Of a DNA stretch of 64,000 nt, positions 1-14,315 are shown one piece after another. Within the stretch, counting starts at the first letter, position 1. Every line of letters starts with the position of its first letter. The position numbers were made by a program, and so were the translations under genes. The stretch spans positions 15,624,001-15,688,000 of the forward strand of contig OX597825.1 in the NCBI GenBank assembly GCA_951406725.2, read 5' to 3'. A model generated the notes under the pieces. It worked only from the letters and a program-made list of their open reading frames with translations. It was not told where the DNA came from and did no database searches. This DNA is from Octopus vulgaris (Eukaryota).

Positions 1-219
1 TTCACTACATCACTGGATCTGGCATAATGTTTCATATTGGTTTATTAGCATTAAATATAGGTATCACGAGATAGTAGCCTAGCTGGCTCCAAATATCTCG
101 CATAATCATATTCTGCCGTCTCAAAACATCTTTGCCGATGTAAATCGTGACGAGATGGTCGCTGGTGGAACACTTTTAGTCATAGGTATATTCGATTAGA
201 GTTAATTTTGGATACAATG

Positions 220-746
220 CCAGTAATTTAAGGGGAATGGGTAAGGCGATTGCATTGGCTCTTGTTTTATAGACCCCGAAAGTATGAAAGGCATAGTCGA
301 ACTCAGCAGAAATTGAACTCAGAACGTAAAGACACATGAAATGCCGCTAAACACTTTTGTATAGCTATACAGTGCTATACAAAAATGTATTTATTAATCC
401 TTCAGGTAAATGTTAAATTCGTTTTATTATAAAGTGAGACAAGAACACAACGAGCTGACAGAGTAATTACCGTGACGTTCAAAATGCTAAGCCACATTAG
501 GTCCGGTGTTCAAATCGTATCGAGGTCTATTTTTGCCTTTTTTTTTTTACTTTTGGGATCGAAGAAATAAGTACCAGCAATTTAAGGGGAATGGGTAAGT
601 CGATTGCATTGGGTCTTGTTTTATAGACCCCCAAAGGATGAAAGTCAAAGTCGACCTAGTCTGAATTTGAACTCAACACGTAAAGGCGCATGAAATGTCG
701 CTAAACATTTTTCCCGCTATGCTAACTATTTTGCCTGGTTACCGCC
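220..746 (-). mobile_element. Two degenerate family-A SINE fragments (about 220-358 and 574-746), probably an old local duplication
   Basis: Both read ccag.aatttaaggggaatgggtaag.cgattgcattgg.tcttgttttatagaccc..aa.atgaaag.caaagtcga...tgaactca. They match the family-A body and share the same internal deletion. Confidence 0.6.
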
Positions 747-935
747 TCGATTAGACCTAATATTGCTTAAGACAATAATGGAATTTAGAGACCATATGGT
801 CTACACAGTTATGCAAAAATAATCCGATAAATCAAATCAATTAAAGTAAAGAGGTTTTTTGCCATTTTAAAGAGGCTTTTAACATGGGGATTTTCCTCTC
901 ATACAAGTGTATTCTAATTAAAGAATAAAATATAT

Positions 936-1337
936 GTGTGGTAAGAAACTTGCTTGCCAACCCACTTCCTGGCACCTTCTACTTTAGTCTCGGATTCAAC
1001 AAAGTCTTGTGGGTGGGTTTTATTGATGGAAACACAAAGAATCCCGTCCTGTGTGAGTGTGTGTGGGAATGTATGTTGGTGTGTGCATCTGTGCGGTTGT
1101 GTGTGTGTTTGTGTGTACGCGTGTGTGTATATCTCTGTGCCTGTATTTGGCCCCCTTGCACCGCTTGATAACGAATGTTGGTTTGTTTATGTCCCTGTAA
1201 CGTAGCGGTTCCACAGAAGAGACCGAAAGAGTAAGTGCCTGGCTAAAAAATGTAAGTGCTGGAGTCGATCCATTCGACTAAAAATTCTTCAGGACGCTGC
1301 CCCAGAATGGCAGGTTAATAACTGACAGAAGTAAAAG
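936..1337 (+). mobile_element. Family-B tRNA-derived SINE with internal (TG)n, degenerate
   Basis: Starts gtgtggtaagaaacttgcttgccaacc and ends gccccagaatggcag...actgacagaagtaaaaga; collinear with the copy at 10407-11032. Confidence 0.65.
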
Positions 1338-1504
1338 AAAAAAAATTCTGCCGAGTAAAATTATATTCAGAGATGCTCGAGACAAAACCAAACAGGTTTT
1401 GCATTGACTGAAGCTTTCACGGTAGAAATACAGTCTCATCTATAATACAGTCGTAGCAGATACCTTTACAAAAGCAACCAGGAACATTTTGAATTTTACT
1501 TAAA

Positions 1505-1626
1505 TGACTGTTGTGTCTGGGGTGAGTCATTCTCTTTTAGTGCTTTATAATTTAACACAGTCGCCGGTGAGTGTGTCAAATTATAAGGCACTAAAAAATA
1601 ATGACTCACCCCAGACACAACAGTCA
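1505..1626. repeat. 122-bp fold-back palindrome with no spacer, made from a dispersed repeat end
   Basis: tgactgttgtgtctggggtgagtcatt...ccgg...aatgactcaccccagacacaacagtca, centred on ccgg at 1564-1567. The single arm recurs unpaired at about 20524-20605 and 49469-49550. Confidence 0.85.
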
Positions 1627-2257
1627 ATATGCTTCAACACACGAATTCACATAAAGAATCTTGCAAACCAAATCCAAAAACCAAATTATTTAATGACGTT
1701 TCATAAAAACAACCTAGTTTTCATTTAAAAAGGCAAGGCATAATATACACTTTATATTTGTAATCCAAAACAAGTTTGAATTCCCCTATAAATATCAATA
1801 ATTTTTATTGATTAAACTCCTTTATTTTATATGTGTTTTTCATTTTTATTTTTGTTTTTATATTTATTTGCAATAATGCTTCCCTTTCGCTCAATGCATT
1901 TTATGAATGAGAAGCGTCGTAGATTTAATCTACAAAGATTTTTCTTTGTTTAATTGTTTCGTTATTTTTGCTGTTGATGTTGTTGTTGTTTGATTTCATA
2001 AAAGACTAATCTAGAATAATCAAGAAATTGGAAATATTGAAATAAGTTATATATTGCTCATTTGCTTATATTTGAATATATCGTTTTATTTTTTTTTTTT
2101 TAATTCTGTCCTCGTAACGATGTTTATTATTAACTGTTTTTTGCTTCCATCACCTTTTATTTGAACATTACATAATAGCGAGGATGGTAGCTGGATTTCT
2201 TGCAGTAAAGCACCAGACTAAACAATTTACAATAAATGGTAAGCATCAGTGTGAAAC

Positions 2258-2357
2258 TAGCCATTTAATACTACATTCTGAGTTCCATATCCACAGCTTC
2301 AAGAAGAAATCAGATAACAGTCATCTAGAGGGTCTTCTTATATTACATATGGCACTC
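2258..2357 (+). repeat. Left copy of a 100-bp direct repeat flanking the SINE array (right copy 4614-4713)
   Basis: tagccattt.atact.cattctgagttcca...cata.g.cactc occurs at both positions with about 10 mismatches and no indels. Confidence 0.85.
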
Positions 2358-4612
2358 ATTTCTTTATTACCCACAAGGGGCTAAACACAGAGGGGACAAA
2401 CAAGGACAGACAAACGGAGTAAGTCGATTATATCGACCCCATTGCGTAAGTGGTACTTAATTTATCGACCCCGAAAGGATGAAAGGCAAAGTCGACCTCG
2501 GCGGAGTTTGAACTCAGAACACAAAAACAGATGAAATACCTATTTCTTTACTACCCACAAGGAGCTAAACACAGAGAGGACAAACAAGGACAGAAAAACG
2601 GATTAAGTCGATTATATCGACCCCATTGCGTAAGTGGTACTTAATTTATCGACCCCGAAAGTATGAAAGGCAAAGTCGACCTCGGCGGAGTTTGAACTCA
2701 GAACACAAAGACAGATGAAATACCTATTTCTTTACTACCCACAAGGAGCTAAACACAGAGAGGACAAACAAGGACAGACAAACGGAGTAAGTCGATTATA
2801 TCGACCCCATTGCGTAAGTGGTACTTAATTTATCGACCCCGAAAGGATGAAAGGCAAAGTCGACCTCGGCGGAGTTTGAACTCAGAACACAAAGACAGAT
2901 GAAATACCTATTTCTTTACTACCCACAAGGAGCTAAACACAGAGAGGACAAACAAGGACAGAAAAACGGATTAAGTCGATTATATCGACCCCATTGCGTA
3001 AGTGGTACTTAATTTATCGACCCCGAAAGTATGAAAGGCAAAGTCGACCTCGGCGGAGTTTGAACTCAGAACACAAAGACAGATGAAATACCTATTTCTT
3101 TACTACCCACAAGGAGCTAAACACAGAGAGGACAAACAAGGACAGACAAACGGAGTAAGTCGATTATATCGACCCCATTGCGTAAGTGGTACTTAATTTA
3201 TCGACCCCGAAAGGATGAAAGGCAAAGTCGACCTCGGCGGAGTTTGAACTCAGAACACAAAGACAGATGAAATACCTATTTCTTTACTACCCACAAGGAG
3301 CTAAACACAGAGAGGACAAACAAGGACAGAAAAACGGATTAAGTCGATTATATCGACCCCATTGCGTAAGTGGTACTTAATTTATCGACCCCGAAAGTAT
3401 GAAAGGCAAAGTCGACCTCGGCGGAGTTTGAACTCAGAACACAAAGACAGATGAAATACCTATTTCTTTACTACCCACAAGGAGCTAAACACAGAGAGGA
3501 CAAACAAGGACAGAAAAACGGATTAAGTCGATTATATCGACCCCATTGCGTAAGTGGTACTTAATTTATCGACCCCGAAAGGATGAAAGGCAAAGTCGAC
3601 CTCGGCGGAGTTTGAACTCAGAACACAAAGACAGATGAAATACCTATTTCTTTACTACCCACAAGGAGCTAAACACAGAGAGGACAAACAAGGACAGAAA
3701 AACGGATTAAGTCGATTATATCGACCCCATTGCGAAGTGGTACTTAATTTATCGACCCCGAAAGGATGAAAGGCAAAGTCGACCTCGGCGGAGTTTGAAC
3801 TCAGAACACAAAGACAGATGAAATACCTATTTCTTTACTACCCACAAGGAGCTAAACACAGAGAGGACAAACAAGGACAGAAAAACGGATTAAGTCGATT
3901 ATATCGACCCCATTGCGTAAGTGGTACTTAATTTATCGACCCCGAAAGGATGAAAGGCAAAGTCGACCTCGGCGGAGTTTGAACTCAGAACACAAAGACA
4001 GATGAAATACCTATTTCTTTACTACCCACAAGGAGCTAAACACAGAGAGGACAAACAAGGACAGAAAAACGGATTAAGTCGATTATATCGACCCCATTGC
4101 GTAAGTGGTACTTAATTTATCGACCCCGAAAGGATGAAAGGCAAAGTCGACCTCGGCGGAGTTTGAACTCAGAACACAAAGACAGATGAAATACCTATTT
4201 CTTTACTACCCACAAGGAGCTAAACACAGAGAGGACAAACAAGGACAGAAAAACGGATTAAGTCGATTATATCGACCCCAGTGCGTAACTGGTTCTTAAT
4301 TTATCGACCCCGAAAGGATGAAAGGCAAAGTCGACCTCGGCGGAATTTGAACTTAGAACGTAACGGCACACAAAATACCTATTTCTTTACTACCCACAAG
4401 AGGCTAAACACAGAAGGGACAAACAAAGACAGACAAATGGATTAAGTCGATTATATCGACACCAGTGCGTAACTGGTACTTATTTAATCGACCCCGAAAG
4501 GATGAAAGGCAAAGTCGACCTCGGCAGAATTTGAACTCAGAACGTAACGGCAGACGAAATACGGCTAAGCATTTGGACCGACAGACTCATGTTTCTGCCA
4601 GCTCGCCGCCTT
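2358..4612 (-). repeat. Tandem array of 12 x 184-bp family-A SINE bodies behind one tRNA-like head
   Basis: Units start at 2358, 2542, 2726, 2910, 3094, 3278, 3462, 3646, 3829, 4013, 4197 and 4381. The minus-strand head ggcggcgagctggcagaa is at about 4612, with B-box-like gagttcaaatt. Confidence 0.92.
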
Positions 4613-5079
4613 GTAGCCATTTGATACTTCATTCTGAGTTCCACATCCACAGCTTCAAGAAGAACTCAGATAACAGTCATCTAAAGGATGTTCTTATATT
4701 GCATACGACACTCGCCTGCTTATACAGAGCGTTGCTTCACTACAAACATCCATTATCGTAGTGGCAGTGTGAATGAAAGAATTTGTCGAGAAAGAAAAGC
4801 AATTTGGCCTGATTGCAAATCAATAGGTACCACTTACCTGGACGTTTGTAATACTTCATAGAATAAATAACAGAGAACAAGGTTAAATGTTTTACAATAT
4901 TCTGTTAAATTTCTTACTCAAAGTCTAGTTGGTTTGATCTTTCTTTCCGCTTCTATATCACTAAAGTGTATATGATGGCGGCTAACAAGCTTGCAGAAAC
5001 GTTAGTGTGCTTGGAGAAATGCTTAGCAGTATTTCGTCTGACTTTATGTAATAGGTATAGGAGTGGCTGTGTGGTGAGT

Positions 5080-5394
5080 AACTTGCTTACGAACCACATG
5101 GTTCCGGGTTCAATCCCACTGCGTGGTGCCTCGAGCAAGTGTCGTCTACTACAGCCTCGGACCGACCAATGCCTTGTGAGTGGATTTTGTAGACGGAAAC
5201 TGAAAGAAGACCGTCGTATATATGTATATATACATGTATGTATGTGTGCGTATATATATATACATGTGTGTGTGTGTGTGTGTGTGCGTGTGTGTACGTT
5301 TGTGTATCCATGTTTGTCCCCCACCATTGCTTGACAACCGATGCTGGTGTGTTTACGTCCCCGTAACTTAGCGGTTCGGCAAAAGTGACCGATA

Positions 5395-5398
<4 letters not shown>
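5080..5398 (+). mobile_element. Family-B tRNA-derived SINE, 3'-truncated at (TA)n
   Basis: ggagtggctgtgtgg (A-box), gggttcaatccc (B-box), internal (TG)n, then cttagcggttcggcaaaag.gaccgatagaata. Confidence 0.8.
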
Positions 5399-5464
<66 letters not shown>

Positions 5465-5524
5465 TTTTTCGTAATGAGATAAAAAAAACCAAGGCTGTGT
5501 AGATATTAAAACATTTTTAGATAG

Positions 5525-5576
5525 GTCTTACAGCTGTTTCCAGGATATTTATTAATTATATCCCTGCATCGGAGAC
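5525..5576 (-). ncRNA. Degenerate type-I hammerhead ribozyme in a PLE-like end fragment (about 5460-5642)
   Basis: Reverse complement: GUCU CCGAUGC A ggGAUAUaauuaauaaAUAUCcug GAAA CAGCUG UA AGAC. Stem I (GUCU/AGAC), stem II and palindromic stem III are present; the core has two substitutions relative to CUGAUGA. Confidence 0.6.
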
Positions 5577-7081
5577 GGTGTGAGAGGATGGTTCAGTCAT
5601 AGTTAGTTTAGATGTGATACAAAGTAGAGAGTGAGGTGGAGGATATATATATATGCCTGTTTTGAGCCGGAATTCTGTCGAGACCGACTTTGCTTTTTAT
5701 CATTTGCATTTCAATTAGAAAAGCATCAGGTATGAATTGTGAATCAATAATTTTGTGGTTTTGCGATGTTTTGGGTACGCGTAGTATTACTGAGGACGAG
5801 ATCATATGACATATACCACAAAATAAGAGTTAAATTTCGGATTAGTTGAATCTGCGAAATCAAAGAAAGAGGTTATGCTCGTGGCCTTTGTAACCCCTCT
5901 AATACATTTGATTGATGCGGCTAGCGTTACCCTTGCACTATTGCAAGTCTACAACAGCAGTAGAAGCTTGAAATGTGGGAGAATTCAGCTGTTTGATGTA
6001 TCGGCGCTGTCAGATATATTTTTGTCCTTTCATTTTTAAATGTGACAAAGGGATGAACTTGTACATTAATTATATTTTCTTTATTCTAGTCAGTTGACTG
6101 CTGTGGTTAATAAAGGCATTATCAATTACCACAAAACCAGTATCTGATGACATCATTAGTTAATACTAACAAAGCTATTGGGAAGACCAACTCTAACTTC
6201 TAACACATAAACTGTCCACATTAATAGAGGAATTACGATAATTATCATCAAACAATATATTCACCATAAATTATCATTAGCGCCTAATCTACGTCCATCT
6301 TTACTGGGCGTTTATCCAGAACCTGTGCATTAAAAGATTAGTTTGGTTCTAAAGTATCAATCAGGATTTTCTTTCATTTAATCACAAATTAAGAAAAACA
6401 ACAACGGAAATTTTAGCTCAATGATGTGAGATACAAATCACGCTCATTTAAATTAGGGGTCGATAATAAGTATTACCATTGGTGAGTTGTGATTTTTCTC
6501 TATTTCAAATCCTAACGTGGCCTACATTCGAGGTAGGTACACCCTGTCAACTGTTTTAATATAAGCTCTTGGGCCTTGGGTACATTTAAAAGTTTCCTGT
6601 CACAAACTTTCGGTCAGAGTCTTCCTTTATACGTTATCAAAGTAAATCTCTTTTAAATATTGGTTCCAAATTCTGGCACAAGGCCAGTAAGTATGGAGGG
6701 GTGTTAAGTCGATTACATCAACCCTGCCCCTCCAGAGTTCGACTTGTATTTATTTCATAGAGTCCGAAAGGAGGAACGGTAAAGTTGATACCGGTGACAT
6801 TTGAACACAGAATGTAAAATCGACAAAAGTGATATATTAGCAGGTATTTAAGTGACAATCTGAAGAAAGCTAAGGATTTGGAGCTAAAAGGAGCTGTTAG
6901 TAGGTAGTTTACAGATACACTGTGTAAGCGGAAAAGTTAAAATATGCAAAACTTGTCTAAAGTTCAGTTTGTAACACTTAATGTTGTATTCCATATTCCA
7001 GCAAAAGGAACTTTGTTTCTTTGTAAAAGAACCACTTCCTTCCTTCTAGAGAGAATTCTAATAAAAGTTCTTACATGAATG

Positions 7082-7691
<610 letters not shown>

Positions 7692-8097
7692 CGTATGTGT
7701 GTGAGTGAGTGCACATTTGTCCACAATTGTAGCAACGAAAAATATTTCTTTAGCGTCACCAACCACAAGTTACAGAAAGATGTGAAATCAATTTATAAAA
7801 TTGAATTTTTTTCTTTTTTTTTTACTATCGCTACAAAGTGTTCTCGTTTTCAGTACTAAGTAGAAAATTCATGCTTTTCTCTCGTTCTCGTTCTTGCATA
7901 AATAATATTTTCTTTAAAAAAAAAATATTCAAGCTTTTATGCCGGCACGAAATTTTTAAGAATCTTTACACTTAGAAATAGTGTCATATTAATGAAAAAT
8001 ATATGAAGTAAATTTCAAAACGGTACTCTATTCACCTCACATACGGAGTTACTATATTTATCTCTGAATAATGATATAGAAATACTATATATGTATA

Positions 8098-8156
<59 letters not shown>

Positions 8157-8379
8157 AAATATATATGTATGTATATATATATGGCCACATGGATGTGTGT
8201 GTGTATGTATATATATATATGCACACATAAATCTATATATATACATACATACTTATATGTACGCATACATGCATGCACATATGTATGTATACATATATAT
8301 GTATATATATTCATATGTATATATATTTATGTATATATATATATGTATATATATATGTATATATATATATATGTATATA

Positions 8380-8442
<63 letters not shown>

Positions 8443-8480
8443 GTATATATATATGTATATATATATATGTGTATATATAT

Positions 8481-8514
<34 letters not shown>

Positions 8515-8517
8515 CAT

Positions 8518-8549
<32 letters not shown>

Positions 8550-8587
8550 GCATATATATATGTATATGCATATATATATGTATATGT

Positions 8588-8619
<32 letters not shown>

Positions 8620-9883
8620 GCATATATATATATGTATATATATATATATGTGTATATATATATATACATATGTATATACATACGCACAGACACACACATA
8701 TATACTTGAACACACACACACACGCACATACACACACGCACGCACGCGTATATTTCTTCTTGATCAGACATACATGGTGTCTAATACTAAAAAGTAAATG
8801 ATGAAGTCGTTCGGCATTTCTCTGAATCTCCGCTCTTTCAGTTCAAATCAAAACGGAATTAGCTTCACGTTTTATTCTTTCAAGTTACGCAAAACAATTT
8901 TCCATTCCATGGTAAAGGATTGGCGAAATCGTTAAAGTATGCGAGATTTTTCTGTGGGTTGATGATATTCCTAATCAACCGCACTCTTTAAGCCCATTAC
9001 CACGCTTGCCCTTGCACGCATTCATTCCAGGTCACCCTCTCACCTTTCTTAGCGGCCCTAGAAAAAATATTGGGCTGTGGGTGCTACCTCTCTCTTCCTG
9101 ACAAAATGGTAAGAGAATAAGTAATAGACGTTTGAATTTTGGTGCAAGCATGGCTAAAATCTCATCAAACGATTCAAACATAATATTTTTGCCTCACATA
9201 ACATTTCTAAATTCTAATGCATATCAACGGAATAAGTACAAAAATATTGTTGGGATAATAAAGGGGTCATTTTCTCTTTACCACTCTGTAATACGAACGC
9301 AGGAACTGTAGAAGTTGGACATTTTACTCCTCAAAGAAGTTCCCCTTGTGACGTTATACTGTGAACTTCACTATTGATTTCAAATTTTGAGACGAAGCCA
9401 GCAAGGACAGACGAGGGAGTAAGTCAGTTACATTCGCTCCATTACTTGACTGGTAATTTATTTATCGACCCCGAAATGCAAAGTCGATTTCAGCCGAATT
9501 TTAACTCAGAGCGTTTGTTTAGCCCGGTGTGCTAACGATTCTACTAGCTCACCGTCTTCCTGTTAACTGCAATATTGAATCATGATTGTCTACGGTGACC
9601 TTCATCAGCACACGAATTCCGGTTTTCCAGTTATTTTCTGATCAACAAATATAATGAGAGACTGGAAAATTTTCAGCTTAAATGTTTTAGCAATCACTAT
9701 AGCTGCCACTGTCATCATAAATTCGTTAGATTTAGTTCTGTTTGAACCTCCAAGTCAATTTTGATCGAGCAGTTCCGATAAAAAAAAATGGCATTCTGTG
9801 CTTACTACGACGAGGGTTCCAGTAGATCCGATCGTGAAATTAACGTACAAGTGGCTGAGTACCCCACACACAGAATGAGACAA

Positions 9884-9938
<55 letters not shown>

Positions 9939-10361
9939 ATATATATATATATATTTATAGTATTTATATTATCATTATTATTATTATCATCATCATTACG
10001 CACATACAGAGGAGGAGAGAGAGTAAATGGGAAAGGGAAAAGAATAAAGGGTATAGATAGATAGATAGATAGATACATACATACATACATACATACATAC
10101 ATACACAAATGCATACCTAAAACATAACCTTCCTTAGGGCCTCACCCGCCCACCAACAGTTGACGGATGAGGCGTTTTGGGGGCGATTTATACCTAGCAG
10201 AAATCATCCCTCTCTACGTTGGATATATCCGTGTGTGTTTGTTTGTGTGTGTGTTTGTTTGTGTGTGTGTATGCATGGATACCTATGTTCGTCGTGTGGG
10301 TGTTTGCACATATAAACACGCAAAATTATGCATGTACACACACACACACATATATATATAT

Positions 10362-10406
<45 letters not shown>

Positions 10407-10410
<4 letters not shown>

Positions 10411-11031
10411 AGCTGTGTGGTAAGTAGCTTGCATACCAACCACATGGTTCCGGGTTCAGTCCCACTGCGTGGCATCTTGGGCAAGTGTCTTCTACTATAG
10501 CTCCGGGCCGACCAATGCCTTGTGAGTGGATTTGGTAGACGGAAACTGAAAGAAGCCTGTCGTATATATGTATATATATATATATGTAAAAAGTAAAAAA
10601 TATATACAAACTGGGACAAGAACGTGAAACACCTAGAAGACGACACAAGAACCACAGGACAGGACATTCGAAGCCCTCAGTCATCAGTCAAGAACCGGAT
10701 CATCTTCGCAATTTCGGCTGATTAATCTTGAGATTGCTCCGACCTGGGCAGCCACCAAGGGAAATCTACGCCAAGCGCATTAGTTCTCTTGGAAGAAAGC
10801 TTCGAATGTATATGTGTGTATATGTTTGTGTGTGTGTTTGTCGCCCTAGCATTGCTTGACAACCGATGCTGGTGTGTTTACGTCCCCGTCACTTAGCGGT
10901 TCGGCAAAAGAGACCAATAGAATAAGTACTGGGCTTACAAAGAATAAGTCCCGGGATCGATTTGCTCGACTAAAGGTGGTGCTCCAGCATGGCCGCAGTC
11001 AAATGACTGAAACAAGTAAAAGAGTAAAAGA

Positions 11032-11032
<1 letters not shown>
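10407..11032 (+). mobile_element. Near-complete family-B tRNA-derived SINE with a different ~225-bp element (about 10587-10810) inside its central (TA)n
   Basis: Head gagtagctgtgtggtaag...gggttcagtccc, CORE-like cttgggcaagtgtctt, and tail ggtgctccagcatggccgcagtcaaatgactgaaacaagtaaaagag. Other copies or fragments at about 18640-18845, 38520-38750, 41176-41340, 49620-49735, 57020-57580 and 60060-60660. Confidence 0.85.
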
Positions 11033-11112
<80 letters not shown>

Positions 11113-11155
11113 TGCATACATATATACGTACTTATATACAGATATTTATACACAA

Positions 11156-11188
<33 letters not shown>

Positions 11189-12204
11189 CATACATACTAC
11201 ATACATAAATGCGTGTTTATTTGGAGTATTTGTATCATGATTCTAGAAAGCATTACTTTATTGTTTCTCAGTAAACTTCCAAGAATTTTTTTTTAAATGT
11301 TGTGACATATGGAGTAGAAATGTCCATTAATTATGGAATGTTTGCGGAAATTTGATAGCAAAGTTTCTGTCCGGATTGGATTTCATTCTCAATTTAGAGG
11401 GTTGCTGATATAAGGACAGCTACCCCCATCAATAATGTTTTATAATCCATTTTGCTTTATAATTATTGACCCTACGGGGATTCAGGAGCAATATTTTCCT
11501 GTTTCGGGTTTCAGCTTGTTTAGGAATTTTTTTGTTAGTTTGTGTCTTACTTATCTTGGTAGGGGTTCCTTATTTTTCTTTTTTGTCTTTTTTATATCTT
11601 TTGTTTTCGTTTATGTTTATATTTTGTTGTAGTTGTAATTGTTGTTATTGGTGATGTTTTTTTTTGTTGTTGTCCTGTTCTTTCGTTCCAAGTATGTTTC
11701 ATTTATTTCCTTTTATAATTGATATGAAAAAGAGAGAGAGAGAGACGAACAAAAAATAATGAAACCGAACAAGCGTCTGTATCTGTTTGTGTTTATATGT
11801 ATGTATGTGTTTGTATGTGTGGGTACCCGCGCGCTGTGAGTTGTTGTTATACTAAACGGAATCAATATTATTCCTATCAATTAAATAGTCAGGCTGGATG
11901 CGTGTGAAAATCTGAGTCAACAACCTTTTATTCAGTTCCTATGAGGATCTTGTTTACATAATCTTATTTCTGCCCTGATGCCATCCTTACGAATCGTACC
12001 AAATGTCTCGAATTCTTATTTTAATTTCACAGCAATAAATCTGAAAAGGAAAACAAAGATGAAAAATATCCCGAGGAATCTGAAAATGGCTAATTGGTCC
12101 TGACGAGGCCACTAGAAATAAGCTTGATCGAGATTTCTATGCATAGGTGATTATCGTCAGAACACCTTAGCTGACTTAAACCACACCACCTTGAGATACG
12201 ATAC

Positions 12205-13432
12205 TGGTTTCAAATTTTGGCACAAGGCCAGCAATTCTAGGGGACAGGTAAGTCGGTTACATAGAGCCCGGAAAGATGAAAGGCAAAGCCACCCTCGGCG
12301 GAATTTGAACTCAGAACATAAAGAGGGACGAATTGCTGCTAAGCATTTTTCTCAGTGTGTTTACGGTTCTGCTAGTTCACCGCTTTGACTCGCAGTGTAG
12401 GTATTGGTTTCAAAATTCGGCACAAGGACAGCAATTTTGGGGTGTGGGTAGGCTGATAATATCGACCCCAGTATTCAACTGGTACTTTATTTTATAGGGC
12501 GGCGAGCTGGCAGAATCGGTAGCACGCCCGGCGAAATGCGTAGCCGTATTTCGTCTGCCGTTACGTTCTGAGTTCAAATTCCGCCGAGGTCGACTTTGCC
12601 TTTCATCCTTTCGGGGTCGATTAAATAAGTACCAGTTACGCACTGAGGTCGATATAATCGACTTAATACCTACGTCTGTTCTTGTTTGTCCCCCTCTATG
12701 TTTAACCCCTTGTGGGTAATAAAGAAATAGGTACTTATTTTATCGACCCGGAAAGAATGAAAGGCGAAATAGAACTTGGCGGAATTTGAGGTCAGAACGT
12801 AAATACGGAGGAAATGTCGCCAGGTATTTTGCCCGGCGCTCTGACGATTCTGCCAGCTCACCGCCTTACACCATTTTGGAACATTGTTCAACAGAAAAGT
12901 CAGAAAGATTTTTTTTTTTAATGAATGAATTTGGTCGGCGTAAATAAGCCCGTCATATTCGTGTGTGTGTGTGTATATGTATGTATGTATGTATGTCTCT
13001 TTAATATATAGCCTAGTATGCTAACAAGTATACCGATATCACCTCTCTCTCTTTCTCTTTCTTTCTCCCTGTCTCTCTCTATCTATATATATATTCTAAA
13101 CAATTCTATTTTTAAGCCAGATAACGTATATATTAGTGATCTCTCCACCACCATTGGTTTAACAAATGCGGTTAGCACTATGCTTCACTGAAGAGGTCAT
13201 AATATACCGAAGCACAAAGACGGCGAACTGGAAGAAACGTTAGCACGCCGGGCGAAATGCTCAGCGGTATTTCGTCTGACGTTACGTTCTGAGTTCAAAT
13301 TCCGCCGAGGCCGACTTTGCCTTTCATCCTTTCGGGATCGATAAATTAAGTACCAGTTACGCACTGGGGTCCATCTAATCGACTGGCCTCCTCCCCAAAA
13401 GTGCCAGGCCTTGTGCCTAGGGTAGAGAAGAA
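12205..13432. mobile_element. Cluster of family-A SINEs, including a plus-strand copy (about 12499-12732) nested in a minus-strand copy
   Basis: Repeated ggcggcgagctggcagaa heads and gtcgactttgcctttcatcctttcggggtcgat cores in both orientations. The 13220-13432 copy is flanked by a tataccgaa.cac duplication. Confidence 0.8.
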
Positions 13433-13560
13433 AAAAAGAAAGGTTATACCGAAACACACTGAAGTTGTTTCGTTTTACCGAGATATTTAAAACTAATATT
13501 CGATGCTGAGTAAAGCTAATATTTCTTTATCAGGTGATCCTAAATTATCTTTTTAATGCT

Positions 13561-13861
13561 TATTTTGTTTTTTTCCTTCTCGAGCCACGTCTGGCTCATA
13601 AGGGCCGGTTTCCTGGTTTCCTTGGCGTATTGATTCCCCACCAGGACGGGACGCCGGTCCTTCGCAGGTGAGCTGCAAGATGCAGGAGGAAAGAGTGAGA
13701 GAAAGTTGTGGCGAAATAGTCAGCAGAAGTATCACCATTACCTTCTGCCGGCGCCGCCTGGAGCTTAGGTGTTCCGCTCATAAACACACACATCGCCCGG
13801 TCTGAGATTCGAACCCGCGATCCCCAGTCTGCAGCTCTAATCACTAGGCCATATGCCTCCA
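13561..13861 (-). mobile_element. Family-D tRNA-derived SINE with 12-bp target-site duplication
   Basis: Reverse-complement head ggaggcatatggcctagtg...gggttcgaatctc; TSD ctttttaatgct at 13549-13560 and 13862-13873. Confidence 0.8.
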
Positions 13862-14315
13862 CTTTTTAATGCTAAATGATTAAAATGTTAACAAAACTTA
13901 ACTCTTGCCCTACATGCAGATGACGTCTCTAGGTAATTATGTAATACTAACTTTGCAGCTGTGAAGTAGTTTTAGCTATTACCTTTTCTTGTTAAGCAAG
14001 TTTGATAATTAGTATGCTTTAATTGGAATGCTAATTAATAGAATAATTTGCTATACAAATTTGAGTTATTAATATTGAGCTACACTAACTGTTAAATATT
14101 GTATCATTTAGCCCGGATTAACCTTCAACGATCAGACTCATAATAGATGTTCAATCTGTCACCATGATGATTTTGTCTACGATTGTATTATGCAATGTGA
14201 TTTTCTAATCCACGTTAAGACGGTAGAATGTGAATTAGGGAAGGTTTGGTGCCTATTTCTAACAGGTCGATCTACTTCCAAGACGTTCTCTTGTTGGCCT
14301 GTGTAGTAATTATAT

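Noticed and set aside
2358-4612. CRISPR-like appearance of the regular array
   Set aside because: Whole 184-bp units repeat with no unique spacers, there are no cas genes, and the unit is a dispersed SINE body.
10587-10810. CTGATGA (minus strand, about 10681-10687) and an upstream GAAA in the insert within SINE-B
   Set aside because: I could not build stems I-III in a valid hammerhead topology. The insert may still be a PLE-like end.
12095-12130. CTGACGAggccactaGAAA
   Set aside because: No stem II or stem I pairing. Similar isolated cores at about 6144, 9602 and 56483 were rejected for the same reason.
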